Positions 12,230 to 27,029 of a DNA stretch of 64,000 bases are shown in pieces. This DNA comes from Marsupella aquatica (Eukaryota > Plantae > Marchantiophyta). Position 1 is the first letter of the stretch, and each line of letters begins with the position of its first letter. Position numbers and translations under genes: made by a program. The stretch lies in assembly GCA_973895155.1 (NCBI GenBank), contig OZ316894.1:9399440-9463439 (forward strand), read 5' to 3'. The notes beneath the pieces are model-generated. The model made no database searches, was not told where the DNA came from, and worked only from the letters and a program-made list of their open reading frames with translations.

Positions 12230-15200
12230 GAAGGGGCAAAAAATGTATCCATTTTTTTTTTCTGCGCATCTATTTCTCGCCACATGATTTGTGCATATGA
12301 TTCTGAAAAAAAGTACAGTGTACAATACTAAAGAGAGACATTTGTAAGTCAGTTCAAATTTTGTGACCAAATCTCTTTGGTCACAGGCCTGGTTCTTACA
12401 ATATCCATTATAAAATTTTCTTAGTTTCACAAACACTACTGATACCAATTATTTTTTTATCAAAAGAGACAAAATCTTTAATATTTAATTGTTTTTTGAA
12501 CGAACCTGACAGGGTCTCTACCGTACCTGGATACTCATTAGTTTTTTCAAGGATTGAAAAGAGAGTCCTCTTTGATTCTCAGTAAAGTCCTGAGTTTCTT
12601 AAGTGCAAAACTATATAAATATCTCCTTGGCGAGCAACTTTTGCATGGATGGCGCCAGTGGAAATTTACTTAGTCCCAAGACCAATACGTGTCATCTCAC
12701 CAACCCGCTTAGAAAGTTGGGGGTGACCTAGTATTAAATTACGCTGGGTTTAGGGTTTAATTATTAACCCCAAAGTTGCTAATTTTCCAAGATGAAATCT
12801 TCCTTTATGAGGGTATATCTTGTTTAGGGTTCAGGGTTTCTTGTCCCCCAACCTAATTAAAAATTACTAGAGCGAAAGTAAAAAACTGTTTCTATGAAGA
12901 GCACTTCATTTCTCAGTAGAATTTGAAAGGCATCATAACCACCCATTTGACTCCTCAGTTGACTCCAATGAACCCTCCTTCGAACTTGAGCAACCGAATA
13001 GTATGTAGATAAGATTCAACTTGACAGCTGTTGGAAAAGTACCACTTCAATTCTAAGAGTGGAAAGGAATCTGAACTCCCTCCTATTTTATGAGTGTCTT
13101 TTTCATTTATTCATGCAAGAATAATTCAGCATAATCATCCATGACTGTTTGCTTTTTGAAGAATCATCCAGCACTTTCTGTGCCAGGAGATACTCAATTT
13201 CTGTTTTGTAATAAAAATACTTTGGTCTTCTCTTGAACATGGCCTTGTGTTTAACAATGGAAATTTTGGGGTCTCATGACAAAAAAACATTTAAACTTGA
13301 ACACAGTGTCTATTTGACACAACAACTGGGAGTTGCATTTGAGTTGGACATTGTGTTCAAGTTTTGACCAGAACCTGCTATACATTGAACACAAAAGATA
13401 CAAAATTCATGAATCATATTATAACTCCAATATTCAAACACAATGCCCATTTATGAACATAACGCCCTGCAAGTACAAAAAATGAAATTAGATAATCAAA
13501 TTCAAATGTGATGCATGGCTGTGTGGTAGCTCCTCGAGTTGAGACTCATAGGTGTAGTGTTCAAATGTTATGGCTGTTCCCTTTTTGTGGGGTTTCATAT
13601 ATTTCCCCTTAAAGTTACAAAGAAAAACAACTCAATTATGACGCCTGGGGTGCATTATGCAAATACAGTGCCCCATGGCCCACCATTTGAATAAAGTGTC
13701 ATATAGTTGTGGTTCAAGGGAAGACAGTAGTAATATTGGTGATTGCTGCAAAGAAAAATATGGGTTGTCTTGGAAAGGAAAGCACCTCAGTGGAGCAAGA
13801 GGTGACAAACTGTGGACTGTTTGAATCTGATCAAAGAGGCATGTCCCTTCAGTTGACATCAGAGGAGAAACATCTTTCAGGGGTAGTGGCGGACATTTTG
13901 TTTGGGACTAGCCCTAGCTATGCTTGGGCCTACCGGAGAAGATGAAGGAAATTATGCTGTATTACTATCATCCCCAAAGCCATTTTGCTGGACTTCTTTT
14001 TTATTTTGTGGGTGATGGAGATGAGGACTCTCTCTCTCTCTCTCCTTGACGGCCCATTGAAGGGTTATGATCAATCATATCATATGTCCTTTTGGAATCC
14101 GTCTTTCTTTGATGCAATAGGAAAGCTACTACAACATACGGGAAATTACTGCTCTGATGGACCACTCCCAATCTCCCATGAATGTTCCAATCCAATTGGA
14201 CCAGGTCCCTTTTGACCCATCAATGTTAGTCACATCACCCCTGTGAAAAAACTAAAATAAGTTTGTTTTTCCGTTTCTGAGCTTGGTAGTGGCTGCAAAG
14301 AGAAATAAGCAAACAAATCAACCTGAGGAGACTTGTCCAGTCAATCAACCAATCAAAGAGTGGACTTTTTGGATTGTTTTTAAAGGGGTAGCAAATAAGG
14401 CAAGAGAAACAGGGAACCTTAGAGATACATTCCCTAACTCATCTATTAGAAAGAGAGGGAATAGAAATTCAATTTTATTTATCATGGGGAAGTGTAACAT
14501 TGTGAGCCACCCAAATACATTCCATGTGCAATAGTTACCCTGCCTTTGTGTTTTTTGTGATGTAAACTTTATGTGCGTATCTTCTCCTGATGGCCCAGTG
14601 GTTTGCCCAGTAACTCAGGTATTTAACCCTGGGGTAGGACAGAAGTAGCAATGGAAGGAAGGAAAATATTGTTACATTGAGTCCCTCCCTAGCTGGGTAA
14701 CTGGTGCACATTTAAGTGGGCACAGGATGACAGGTTTTTCTGCAGTGTTTTGGGGGTCGAAGTGCTTGTTTTCCTTTTGGCCCCAAATCTTGTCCTAGGT
14801 AGGCTGGGAAAGTTTGTTGGGTGGGTAGTGCTTTTCTCAGGGGTTAGCTTTCCTCAGGGGTAGTATCTATGCGCCTCCCTACCCTGTTTTTCATGTCCCA
14901 ATGGCCATTAATACACATTTAGCTGTAGCACCAACCAGCACTAATGAGGGGGAAAGCAAGACCCACACAAACGTGAGGAACAAGGGGGGGGGGGGGGAGA
15001 GGAACCACAGCACCAACCACCAAAACCCCTGGCCAAAGTTGACCTCTTGGAGAGACATTGGGCTTTTGGCCATGAATGCATCCAAATCAACTGTTTACAA
15101 TTCTCTACCATTAATGATTTTCCATCCCCCATCTGCCCAACTTCCCTCTTGGCTCATCATCGGTGGGCTTCTATCAATCTTTTGGCCTTCCCTGTCTGTT

Positions 15201-16532
15201 CAATTTCCATTCCTCCTCCCCATTGGCAACTCATGCCTTCTCTCTTAACTGATCATTCTTGACGCATGCAATCTTTTGTTGTCACAACACATACTTTACA
15301 CAACAATAGCATTGGACTCCTGTGTCCCTTGCATACCTACTACTTTGTCACTTTTGTTTGAACTTTGAATTTGCTTGGAATGTTTGGCTATCTTACACCT
15401 TCTTCTCACTACCTTGCCCTTACCCACTTTGCATTCACTCTTTCCCATAAGAACACTTTTACAACTACAACACTTCCCACCATTTGCTAGAATCACACTT
15501 TCACCAATGCTTCTCCATCTCCATTCTTCTGTCTGCCCGCACTTGAGGCCACACACTTCCCTTACCAATAATCTTCCTTAATCTGGACACTTTTACAATG
15601 AAAACACTTTTACTACTGTAACAGCTGAGTCCCAACAACATCACTTATGTCACAACATAATTCTTTTGGCTCTCTTTTTGCCCAAAATCAGAACATGATA
15701 ACACTTTTTTACAGCAATCACACTTCCATGATGAGTACACTGCCTTTTGCTTTGAAATCACTTTGCATCACCCGGCACTGCGCTCTTGAATGTAACAAAG
15801 AGTGAATATTGTTTACTTTTTTCAACTTATGGTCATGCTGCATAGCTTAATTGTGTTCAAAATGCTTTTGTGGTCTCCTTGCACACATTATTCTCTTGCA
15901 TACTTTGAAGCAACACTTCTGTCAGCTTTCCTTCACAACTACAATATGACAATGAAAAGCGGTAAGGGAGATGACCAGGCAATCAGATGCTACAAGGTGC
16001 CCCAAGTCAGCCTCGCAACTAGATTTCAAGGAGTGTGTAAGCTGCTTGGAGAGTGACTGGTTGGGCATGGAAAAAGGTTGATTGTGGATACTTTAAATAG
16101 GCCAATCTCATGATTATAAAATGTCACGACATTCAAACCATCATGGAGGGTTCCCCCCCAGATTGAAATTTTGTAAACCAACCATAAAAGGAGCTAGAAG
16201 AGGAAGCATGATTGCATATTAGAGTTTTCCGTAAAGTGGTCAATCCCGGGGGAGTTGACAATTATTTTCCCTCATGGTGAGTTAACATTTGAACACAATT
16301 TCAACTACTTACGTTTATAATACAGGCTGAAGCTGCAAGAAGGCCTCTAGGAGGTGCTTCACCTTAAGTCACCAAGTGCTCCGAACAAGACAACTTCCTG
16401 ACCGAGAGAGCTGCTTCATGCTGTTAGAGAGCTCTTTGTTAACTCACCCTCAATTTCATGACTAACCTGGTCAATTTTGGGGCCATCATTGGTCTTTGGA
16501 TCCAGTTAGTGTGCATATAACTCTATTTGGGA

Positions 16533-16870
16533 GTCTCAAAGCTTCATAGTTACAGATAATGGCTTTTGGCCATAGACAAATGACCATAACTTTGTCACAG
16601 GGTTATATCAAAGTTTTGTTTTCACTACCCTCTACAGTGACTCATGGTCATGACATACTACCAATCTTCGTGGCAAAAATATATGGATTATGATATTCAG
16701 TAGTTTATCAAAAAGATATGGATTATGAATTCAGTAGTCCATAAGTTGTTTTCTGTCACTAACCTTGACTACTTTGTTGTGAAAACTTATGGATTATGAA
16801 TTTGGTAGTACATAGCTTATAGTGACTTAGACAAAGTTAAAGATTATGAACTTGGTAGTCCATAGCTTAG
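16533..16870. mobile_element. DNA-transposon-like terminal fragment with subterminal repeats
   Basis: It contains the repeated motif ggattatgaatt(c/t)(a/g)gtagtccata and has an inverted homologue at ~27030-27167. Confidence 0.55.
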
Positions 16871-17314
16871 GTAAGGAATTCCATGAATTTTGAGATTTGA
16901 GAACCCCTATTGTTTAGATATTTCCCAGTTGGCTCCATATGACCCAAAGTCCTGTGGATTGAGTTCCATCGATCTAATTTACATCCTCCAGCATTCTGTC
17001 CACCCATCTTTATCGATAGTAACCACTCGTCACGTGTCTACCCCGCAAAAGCACATTCCGGCATTCTGCCCTTCATCCACAGATTACTGTATCGATCACC
17101 ATAATCGCAGTAGCAGCAGGGAAACAATTACTGTACCTTGGGGAGCTGACGAAGAAGATCTCAGCTCCACCAGGCGCAATGTGTTCTTTTGCGGGGCCGA
17201 GGTTTAGCGTAAAGAAGTAGTAGCGAGAGAATCAGCCGAGCGACGAGGCTCTGCATTCGGCCAAGAAGAGTGGAGCTAATTTCGTTGGAGCTGTTGTTGT
17301 GGTTGTCGTTGGAG

Positions 17315-19309
17315 ATGGCTGCTGTTTCAGCCACGATCGTCATTGCTGCTCTCGGATCCGTTGCTGCGCGGCGGACTTCTGCAAACCAGGTGTGGATCTC
17401 GAGTGGAGGCCATAGCCACTGCTCTTTGAGAGATTCGACGACTGTCCGGTGCCGTTCCCGCATGTTTTCCAGCTCAGGTCGGTTGCCGGTGTTCGTATTT
17501 ACTGTAGTGGAAGTGGTCATTCAATTATAAGTTTTTCGGTGCGTGAACTGAATGCTTGATCTAGATTGTCATCTGTTGGAGTCATTGAATTCATTTATTC
17601 ATTTATTGATTTGTCATTCATTCGTTTGGTCTGCGTGTGAATAATGCTTGATTTAGACTGTGTGACGTTGTCATTTTGTTGGAGTCATTGAACTAATTTA
17701 TTCATTCATTAATTTATCATTCGTTCAGTCTGTTAGGGTCTGTTATGCGTTGCTGGACCGCGTCGGGCATACGAAGAACTGCTAATAAGAGTTGGCGGCT
17801 ATTGTCATTGCAGTCGGGAAAGATGTGGTGCCTGCCCCACCGCCCACTGAGGGCAGGATAGACATTGCAGTGACGAAGGATGAGATTCGACAGCTGGATC
17901 TATCTGCAGCCCATGCCGTACTTCGAAAGTTTGTACACCAAGTAGGTAGGTATGCCCTCTTGTCACTATTGCCGCAATTTTCATTAATTGTGGATGAGGG
18001 TGTCTGAATTCAGAGGATGGGAAGTTGTGAGTGCAGTTTACCTGAACCAGCGAACGATGTCAAATTTTGTTCGCTCATCCTCGATATTGGGCGATCGTGT
18101 TTACCTCTTTTGTGGCTATGACAAAGTCTTTTGATCAATTGGGGTGTCAGATCAGATTAGAAAAGCAACTATTGCCTAGCCACTAGATGGTGATGGCTGG
18201 TCGAGAAAGTGCAGGCACACAGAAGAACTCATGGCAGGCGCAGTTGTTATTATGGAGATATATATTGCTGTTTTGAATGGGGAGATTCGCTTCTGGTATG
18301 AGTGTATGTCCAGACTGTTGTGGAAGAGTTTGCAAGACCTGAGTCTTGTCACATAAAGAGAATTAGCTTGATCTATGCATCTGCTGTTCTGTGAGCAGGA
18401 CGAATGTTGCTGGATGTCGTTCTGTCATGAGAAGGAAAGCAATTGAGCATGATCTCGGTGGATCTCATTGCAGGTAACTCGCTCTTGTATCTGCAGGTGA
18501 TAATGCGACTGCTCCATCTTCAGATCCGCAGGAGCTGCTTGGACGGACAGTAGGCTTTGTACTAAACTACGAGCGAGATGACCCCTTTGACCCAAGAGAG
18601 CTGTCAGAGATGCCAGATATTAGGCTGTGGTTTGTCCGCTTGGATGCAACTTATCCATGGTTACCAGTTGTTCTAGACTGGCGAGCAGGGGAGCTAGCCC
18701 GATATGCGGCAATGCTCGTGCCCCACCAGGTACTCTCCTCTCCACAAATCTTACAGCCGCTCGCTTCTATTGGGTCTGTCATCTTACAATCTTACAGGGT
18801 GGCTCGTAAACGAACCATTTTATGTAACAATGTTAGCCCTATTTTTCCCGTTGACTTATTGTCTCGTTGTCTCGTTGTTTCCCAGTTTTGGTTCATGACT
18901 TGGATTACACATTGAAGTACCAGAAACTAAGACTTACAGGACGGTTGGCTTACTAAAGATGCTGTAGTACAAATTGGGCAACTTTGCAAAGCTTCCAATA
19001 GCTCAATACAATCTCTGAGAGGCTAATTAAGGACCCTGTTAAGGTCTGGTTTTGCTCAAGTCGGTGGACCCTTACCAACGCCGCTAACATTTCTTTTTGG
19101 AATTTCAGATGAGCAAGAGACAAGGTCTGGTGTTTAATCCGGAGGCCTTGGAGTTGTTTGCTATGGGGAAAGTCTTTCTGCTGTACTCGTGGCTCAAAGT
19201 CATCGGGATTCCAAAACCCAAGAACAAAGTGAACGACATGCTTAGAATGCTTGGATTGACTACAACGGATCAGTTTTACGACCTCATTGAGCAACATCCT
19301 CCTCCATGA
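17315..19309 (+). CDS. CRR6: CHLORORESPIRATORY REDUCTION 6, chloroplast NDH complex assembly factor (~242 aa)
   Basis: Exons 17315-17477, 17814-17945, 18497-18729 and 19109-19309 join in frame (729 nt). The N-terminus is Ser/Ala/Arg-rich like a transit peptide. Motifs: PPPTEGR, RQLDLS, DPRELSEMPDIRLWFVRLDATYPWLPVVLDWRAGELARYAAMLVPHQ, GLVFNPEALELF. Confidence 0.92.
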
Positions 19310-21005
19310 CATACTTTTCTCTCTCTATAGTTAATGTGAATGGAAATGTAAATACTTCAGCCTTCTATACCTGTTATTGACGGTGGAAGGAACAGTGAAT
19401 TCTTCAGATCTCCATGCCCATTATAGACATGGGAACTGATTTTTCATTTCTGTCAGTCAAGCGGCATGTTTTTACTCCGTTGAATCGAAAGATCAGTTTA
19501 GAGCATACATTTACTCCAAGTCTGAGATAAGATATTCAGCTTCAGAAAAGCATGGAAAGTTGAGGCCCTCATCAGAACATGTTCCTTTACGTTTCGTAAA
19601 GAGTCTCCTAGCTTACCAAATGAGAAGCTGTGTGTGCCCTGCTTTCAGTCTTCGTTCATTGATGGAACCATCATCAGTAACTTTATTTACTGAAGTTGGC
19701 AAGGACCGAATAATGAAAATGTTTTGTTCCCAGTCTGTAAACGTCACTTACAGTATGCAGCGTCTGATTACTCTTTTACTGTTGTTTCCAAGAGGAAGGT
19801 GCGACCGATTCGGATTTGTTCTGAAACAGGCTCCGGCTACTTCACCCATAGCTGCGATACTCTAAAGACCTAATATCCTATCATAGACTAGGAAGGTTTT
19901 CGTTAATGGCGTCTTCATCTTTCCTCAGTTTTTGACGGGCTGAATCTATGTTGGTAAATGACATAGTATTTGTTACGCTACACCAACCTAGGTTGAATGT
20001 GCTACTCAACATGGAAAACTGCACCGATATTTTAAGCATTTGCCAAAGTAATCCCCGTTTGCTACCGCAGTCTTCACCGTTGGCCACTTTTCCCTTCCAC
20101 CCCGTTTCACAACCCCACTTTTTCCCATCAAATGAAATCTCCACCATTCTGAATGCTCAAGTGGGCAAAAGTTAGTTTCAAAAACCAAAGCCGAAATTAG
20201 GTTTGTGTTTTCCCTAGCCTCTGCTACTTTACCTTTGTCCGTACTTTTAAGTTCAAGTCGGGTATGTTGGATGGAATGGGCATAAAGCCGCTACCCACCC
20301 CACCCCCCCCCCCCCGAAAAAAAAACAAGAAGAAGAAGAAGAGAGACCATTCATGTCATAATCCTTTAAAAAAAATCTCGATCCCGAATGGGGTCTTCTG
20401 CTGGTTCCCCAGTGATTATAGTGTGTAACATCAGTGATAACTCAATAATACTCCTTCCCTGGAGGGTAATTTACGTTACGAAAGCCAGCGCTGTGCGAGA
20501 CATGACATATGAGCATTCCTCCATACATCAGACTCCTTCAAAGGTCTCTTGTTAAGGGAAGCAGCTTTGCTTGGAACTTTGAATTTGGTCCCGAATTCTG
20601 TTGGTTCCATTCGCACCATTATCATCTTGCGACAATCACACCTTCCAAGGATTAGAGGAACAACGCGACTGGTGAGGTTTACTGTGCTTCCCCAGGCTTC
20701 GTCAGAGTGATCATAAGGAAGAAATCCTGGTCATAGCAAACAGACTTGCAATCCTTGCAGATGGAGACTGAATGAGTATTAAAAGACGCGCAGCTCTGTT
20801 ACAGACAAACAGCCAGAATGCTAAAAGTCGGACACCTTGACGGAAAGCAACCTCTCATTGAACATGCAAAATTCCATGGGTCTGATCTTTGATTTGTCTG
20901 TGTACAAATAGACTTGTAATCGGCGTGCCACGTGTATTGCTGGGGTAAGGTTCTGCTGTCGAAAGACCCTCGACGGCATCCATGATCCATTGTCCTGTGG
21001 TTGTC

Positions 21006-24000
21006 CTAAACTTTTCGAGCCCTGGTCCTTTGCTTAGTTGCGACTTTAACAATCTTTTCTTCAACAGGTAAGCCCTTTCTCCTCCTGACAGCATCGATCA
21101 GCTTCCTCGCAGTATTCTGGACCACGCTAGATCCGTCTCCAAACTCCTCTAGTTCCTCTTCAGTTCTAGGAACAAAGAAGGGGTCTTCAGGTAGCGCTTC
21201 CCAGTGACTAAGTACAAGTTGGGGACTAGCAAACCCAGAAGTCTTTCGCCGCAAGTCATCAGCAAATCCAAAACTCTCAGCAACTGGAAGGTAAGCATGG
21301 ACGACAAACAACGCTGTTCCCTCCTTCATTTCTTCCTTGAGCACCCGTGCTCGCCTCTTCCCCAGCACCGCGTAGACCTGACCCAAATGCTCAGGTGGTG
21401 TCACGATTTCACAAAAGTACATGGCCTCTGCAATCTGAGGTTTATTGGCAAGCACAGCAGCTCGGCAAGCATCTTTAACTCCGCTCATAATTTGGCCAGA
21501 AAGAGCACCATAATCCTCCATACCATGACTAAGAGTGACATCATTCCCATTTGCATTTTCTTTGTCGGGGTCTGAAGGTCCCTTTTCCCTCATGTTAACC
21601 AAAATTTCTATTGTGAAGGCCAGTCCCCACATCGGCTCTTCACAAAGTGGGCCTTGTGCGGTTGCCAGCTGAAACCCTGATATAACACTACTCTCCAAGC
21701 TTTCGACTTCCCTTGATTGCGATAAGAGAGGATCCGTGTCGGAGGCTTTGACGGAATCCTTATCCACAAGATGCAATTTTTCCGAGACAAGAGGAGCACC
21801 CCTTATGATCACCGCATCTGAACCAGAGTCAGAGTGTAGATCTGCGTTACCTAAGGTTGTACTGTCTTTTTGAGGAGTAACAAAATCGTCAGGCAAAATT
21901 AGTATATTTGGCCCTACTCGTCGAGGACCCAGAGCCCAGATTCTACTCAGTTTACTAATCCATTTTTTAGCATCGTCTTTGCTCCCATAGCCCTTATTCC
22001 CTCGAGTGTCTGTCCCACTTTCAAATGCAGAAAGCAAGCGGTTTCGTAAGCCAGTTATAGGATCATCCCCAGACTTCTCATCTGGGTACAAAGCTGCCTG
22101 TCGACTTGTGGTGCTAGGCCGAGAAACTTTCTTACTCCCTTCTATGATCTCTCTAAGAAGATCATAGCTATCGTCCAATACCTGGGTCACTGCTGAAGGC
22201 AGCCTTGTGACATTCACCCGAATGTTGCATCTGCCATTGGGGGTGGAACTTTGAACAAAAGTTGACTGTCCCACACCACTTAAGTCATCTTCTTCTATTG
22301 TTTCTCTAAAGGCAACCAGCGGAGGAGACACCTCCAGATTTACACCGGCAAATCTTTCTTTAAGATCCTTTATGCATCTTTCTAAATGTACTTCACCGGC
22401 AGCAGCGATTACATGCTCCCCGCTATTGGAAACTGTCACCTCAACAAATGGATCTGCCCTGTTTAAAAGCCGCAACCCTCGACTCAAGGCCCCCATGTCT
22501 GCCGGATCGGAGGGTTCTATTGCAACGCGTACTATCGGGGCTGCTTGAAAGAACATGCTGGAAAAGGGCCAGCACATTAGAGTGCTTGAAAGAGTAGCCG
22601 ACTTAAGAATCTGCAGGCCAAGTCCACGAATAGCAATCAACTGCCCAGCACTAGCTGAGAATCGTGGTTCTAATCCTCTTCCCATCATGAGGTAAAGAGC
22701 GTCAACAGTAGCCTCCTGCACATGCTTGATGTCTACTTCCTGTGTTGTTGGGTCATATAGAGCAGAGAGAACAAATAAGCGCTGCCCAGCAGATACAACT
22801 CCACTGAAAACCCTTGCAAAAGCGAGAAAGCATTCTTTACCGCCTGCGTCCACGTCACCCGCAAGTAACTGGCTTTCCAAGTTGGGTAATAATTCCCCAC
22901 TGGGTGTGTGTCTTGGCAACATCTCTATGGGTACAGCAACCATCTTTGACACAAAAACCACACAAGGTGCCTCCTCACTGCTGTCGCAAACTTCCACAGC
23001 CTTTCTGACCGCCTCAAGTTTTTGTTGTACCTCTGCATTTGAACCAAACAGAAAGTCCTGCTTTGGTAGCAGTCTCTCAATCCGTTCTGGCATGGCACTC
23101 AGAGGACTCGGGAGGCACTCTACCACCATTGATAAAATAGTATCAGACAACGGTAACCATCTACTCACGACAGCTTGTAGCACCAACTTTGGGTCTTTCT
23201 GTAGCAGATCCCTTGAGGGTATTGTTAAATTCATAGACTTAATAATTTTGTTGAGCATCTCTGTGCCATCCTTGCCCTTTGAGGCGACATCATATACCTG
23301 CCAAATGGGCTCCAACACAAACTGGACGAACATTGGCTTTAGCTTTCCTGCTGCAGCTTTCTTCCCAACGATCTTCTTAGTTTTGGGAACAAAGAAATGG
23401 TTACCCCATAATGCTTTCTTCAACACTTTTGCACTGGCCCCAAGCTTCGCAGCATACAGATCAGCAAAGTGATCAATGCGGAAACCCCAACCATCGCCGG
23501 CACTGCCAAATGCCACATTCCCCAGCTCAACCCTAAAAGCATCCTCTTCATCTTCCTCCTCTTCATACTCCAAGTCATGGTCAACTTCATCCGTAGCTGA
23601 TCCTGTTAGAATGGAATCGACCTCTGACAGGTACTTTTCTGAGCGGAAGGCGTTTATTATGTTATTCACCTCCATGATGATACTCTGGAAAACCCACCAC
23701 AGCAGAATATAGTATCAGAAATTCTAGTGCAGCCAATCGCTGCAGCAAATGCCCTATCGTTTGTGCAAGTACTTGTGAATTGGAAATTGATCGCATAACA
23801 AAACCCATGTTATGCCCGGGTATGTGAAAGCCTCAAAATTCCGGTGGAGGACAGGTACAGACTCCAATAAATGCACACTTCTGGAGTTCATACAATGCCT
23901 TTCTATGCATTTTGACTCGAGACCCTTAGGGTGCCGATCTTATTAACTTTAGTCTGCCTTCTTTATTCATTTAGATGATGCAAACAGTAGTCCTTAATGG

Positions 24001-24546
24001 CATAGCAACAAAAACTTCAACTGAATCTAGGGTTAGCGAGGACGAATAGAATGCCTATTGCAACAATGAAGATATTCAGAGGCCTACCTGCATGCGAGCA
24101 TAGGCCTCGGAGGGGGACATCTTCAGTTCAGTGATGAGGCGGTCCAACTTATTGAGGAAAAGGCAGGGTTTCAGGCGCTCCAGCCAGGCCTGACGTAGAA
24201 CGGCATGCGTCTGAATGTGTACGCCTTCACAGGCATCTACGAGTATCAACGCACCATCGCTCAATCTCACAGCCGTTGACACCTCGCTACAGAAGTCCAC
24301 ATGGCCGGGTGAGTCAATCAAATTGATCACGTTGTTTCCGTGATGGAGGACTATGCTCGCACTCTTCATCGTGATTGCACGCTCTTGCTCGTCGTCCCTG
24401 TAGTCCATGAACCGCAGCTTGCCTGCCTGGCGTGGGTGCAGCACTCCGCCACCTGCCGCTGCTATCAGGTGATCCGCCAGAGTCGTCTTTCCATGGTCCA
24501 CATGGGCCAAAATACACATGTTCCGAATTGCTTCTGCAGAATTCAT
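21006..24546 (-). CDS. EFL1: Elongation factor-like GTPase 1 (EFL1/RIA1, 60S maturation), ~1045 aa
   Basis: Exons 24546-24088 and 23684-21006 are joined by a phase-0 GT-AG intron. G motifs [13 protein letters not shown] and NKLD are present, along with [18 protein letters not shown], and the EFL1-type C-terminus [17 protein letters not shown]...[19 protein letters not shown]. Confidence 0.96.
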
Positions 24547-24557
24547 GGCGACGGCAG

Positions 24558-24577
24558 AACCCTAAACCCTAAACCCT
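24558..24577. promoter_or_regulatory. Telo-box cluster (AAACCCTA-type repeats) just upstream of the EFL1 ATG
   Basis: aaccctaaaccctaaaccct lies about 12 bp from the start codon. Telo-boxes are established elements of plant ribosome-biogenesis and translation genes. Confidence 0.7.
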
Positions 24578-26504
24578 GAAACCTTCAATCAAAATCTCTG
24601 AGCCCGAAATTCGGAGCTAAGCTCGGCCACTCTCCAATTACTATCTCTATACCAAAACTCCTCCTTCCAGGAAAGGAACTTCAATACACATGCACCTGGC
24701 TTGCGCCTCAAGTTCCAGTTACCGTGAAAACAACTCATAGAGCTGTGTCTACTTCTTGCACGTCGCAGAATCGATCACTAAGAGGGCAACCTTAGCTCCG
24801 AGGTTGAATCTCCGCTCGACCCTCCTGCTTCCGCACACAATCTCAAGACTTACTACCGCATCTCCCGAGTTCCCTCACATTCTACACAGACATCCAGAAC
24901 ATGATCGCAGAGTATCCGTTTTTCCTCGTCCTTCCACCTTCCGAAGGGATTTGAGTGTATTCCTCAATCGACTGTGCATTTCTTTTGGTGCGCAAGCCGC
25001 ACATTGTGATTCTCACCCTGCCTGCATCAGTTTCATGATTCTACAAACCAATCTTCGGTACAATGGGAAGTGTTCTGTGGAGTCACGGATGCTTGGGTGT
25101 AACAATTTCTAATTAGCCCAATGAACACGTCAATATATATCAAAAGAGAACTATTTTTGAAAGTTATATGGTGAATGCACCTTTTCACATTTTGTCTTCT
25201 TTAAAGTTTTGGTGTCATATATTTTTATTTCAATGTGCCTTATCAAGGGCAACCTGTGTATAATATACATTTTTATTTAATTTATGGACCCCTTTAATTT
25301 TAGGATTCTAGAGTATTTTGAACTTCTTTTGGCAGCCCCCTTATAAATTTTAATATTTGTGATTTATCAGAGATGAACGAAAGGCTCCACCACTTGAACA
25401 AAGTATTCTCATGAATGAAAGAAATGGTTTTATTGTGTCTTAAGTTCCCTTATGTTTTTCTTTCTTAAGTTTATGGTTTTTATTGAAATGGGTGTCATTC
25501 ATGAGTACATTGAATTAAGTGCAAACATCCCAGCATCCTTGATTGTACTTTTCATTGGTCACTGTGCACCAATCCTTCTAGTTATGTTCTCATATTTTAT
25601 TTATTTTCAAATCACTACAAGACAAAAACTCAAGCATGTTCCAGGATGAGTATGCTATATCAAAAGATAAATATTCCAGAATAAAATTTACATGCTATTT
25701 TGGTTCATCTTTGCCCCATCCTTTTTTTTTTCCAATCTCATTTCAGTTGTCTTTATTTAAAGTCAATGTCACTGTTGTCCATTCTCATTTAAAATTTTGA
25801 TCTTAATTACCCACCTCAATATCAGTTTTTTCTCTATTGGGAGTTATGGTCTAGAGGCTTTAGTCTAGACCTAGGCCCTTAAAAGTAGACTACAGTTGAT
25901 GTTTTTATAGTAAGAGGTTTCAATTTATGAAATTGTCAATATTTATAATTGTATTTATAAATATACTGCTAGTTTGGTCTCCAATATTACCTTTGTTGTC
26001 AATACATTCATTTATTTTGTAAGAAATAAGTTTATTACAAAGAGTAAGCCCTAAGAAATGGTGATGCTGTTGTCAAACATCTCGCCAACTAAATATGACT
26101 TATTTGTGCCAAAGATGATACAATATGTATAGAAAAGTGAAAGACAAACAAAGTCAAGATAATTTTTTTTAAGAGAATACACATGATGAATCTTTAGTTT
26201 TTTGCCCTCGACGCGTTGCCATTTCATTCATTTTTTTTCCGAGTGTACTTGTTTTCTTAGAGCAAGTACCAAATGGCGGGGCAAGTACAGATTGAGTTCA
26301 TTGTATGGCACATGCACATACAGTTTACTCTCTGTAAGTGACACTCTCACCAAGAGATCAGATGTGCACTAAATAGTTGTTTTATTCCTCGATAAGTGCA
26401 AACCCACTAAAATTTGCACTTATTAATAAATGGCATCTCCACCGGTGAGCAGCCGTGTGACTCGTTACACAAAATGTAAATCCTTCAGCTACTATATCAC
26501 TTAC

Positions 26505-26712
26505 CAAGGTAACGTAAGAAACACTTTGACTACTATGGACAGAGGAACACCAAGGGAACATAAGAAACCATTTGACTACAATGGATAAAGGAATACCAAG
26601 GGAATGTAAGAAACCCTTTGGCTCCTAAAACATTTTGCATGGAATCTATGATTGAAATGTTAAATGGAATGTATGGACATAGGAATACCAAGGGAACATT
26701 GTGCATGGACTA
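26505..26712. repeat. Degenerate ~47-bp tandem repeats
   Basis: The unit accaagggaa(c/t)(a/g)taagaaac..tttgactac.atgga recurs 3-4 times. Confidence 0.75.
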
Positions 26713-27029
26713 CTACCATGAATAATCTCCTCTTATTTTCCTCTCCTCTCCATATTCAAAGCTATTCCCAATATGTGCTCTAACTTGTTGAATAATATTA
26801 AGTTTACATAACCAAGGGGTCCTTGATCTAATTAAAGTTGTTGGGTGGAATCCGTCAACGGAGTCAACTTGAAGAGAGACAACGGGTACAAAGAAGGGAA
26901 GGGAAGTAGGGAGGCCCCTTGCACCATTATCAAGGGTGACTTTACAAGAAATGGAGGCACTTGTGACTTTTTTTTGTAACCAAAGCAAACTAGAGTACCG
27001 CTTTTTGTTTATAGTAGGGCTAGGAACAG

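Noticed and set aside
22726-23472. 248-aa + strand ORF
   Set aside because: It is the antisense shadow of the EFL1 exon.
21006-24546. eEF2 or Snu114 assignment
   Set aside because: There is no diphthamide-loop His motif and no acidic Snu114 N-terminal extension, and the C-terminus is EFL1-type.
24558-24583. Interstitial telomere or chromosome-fusion scar
   Set aside because: There are only ~3 units, located at the usual telo-box position of a ribosome-biogenesis gene.
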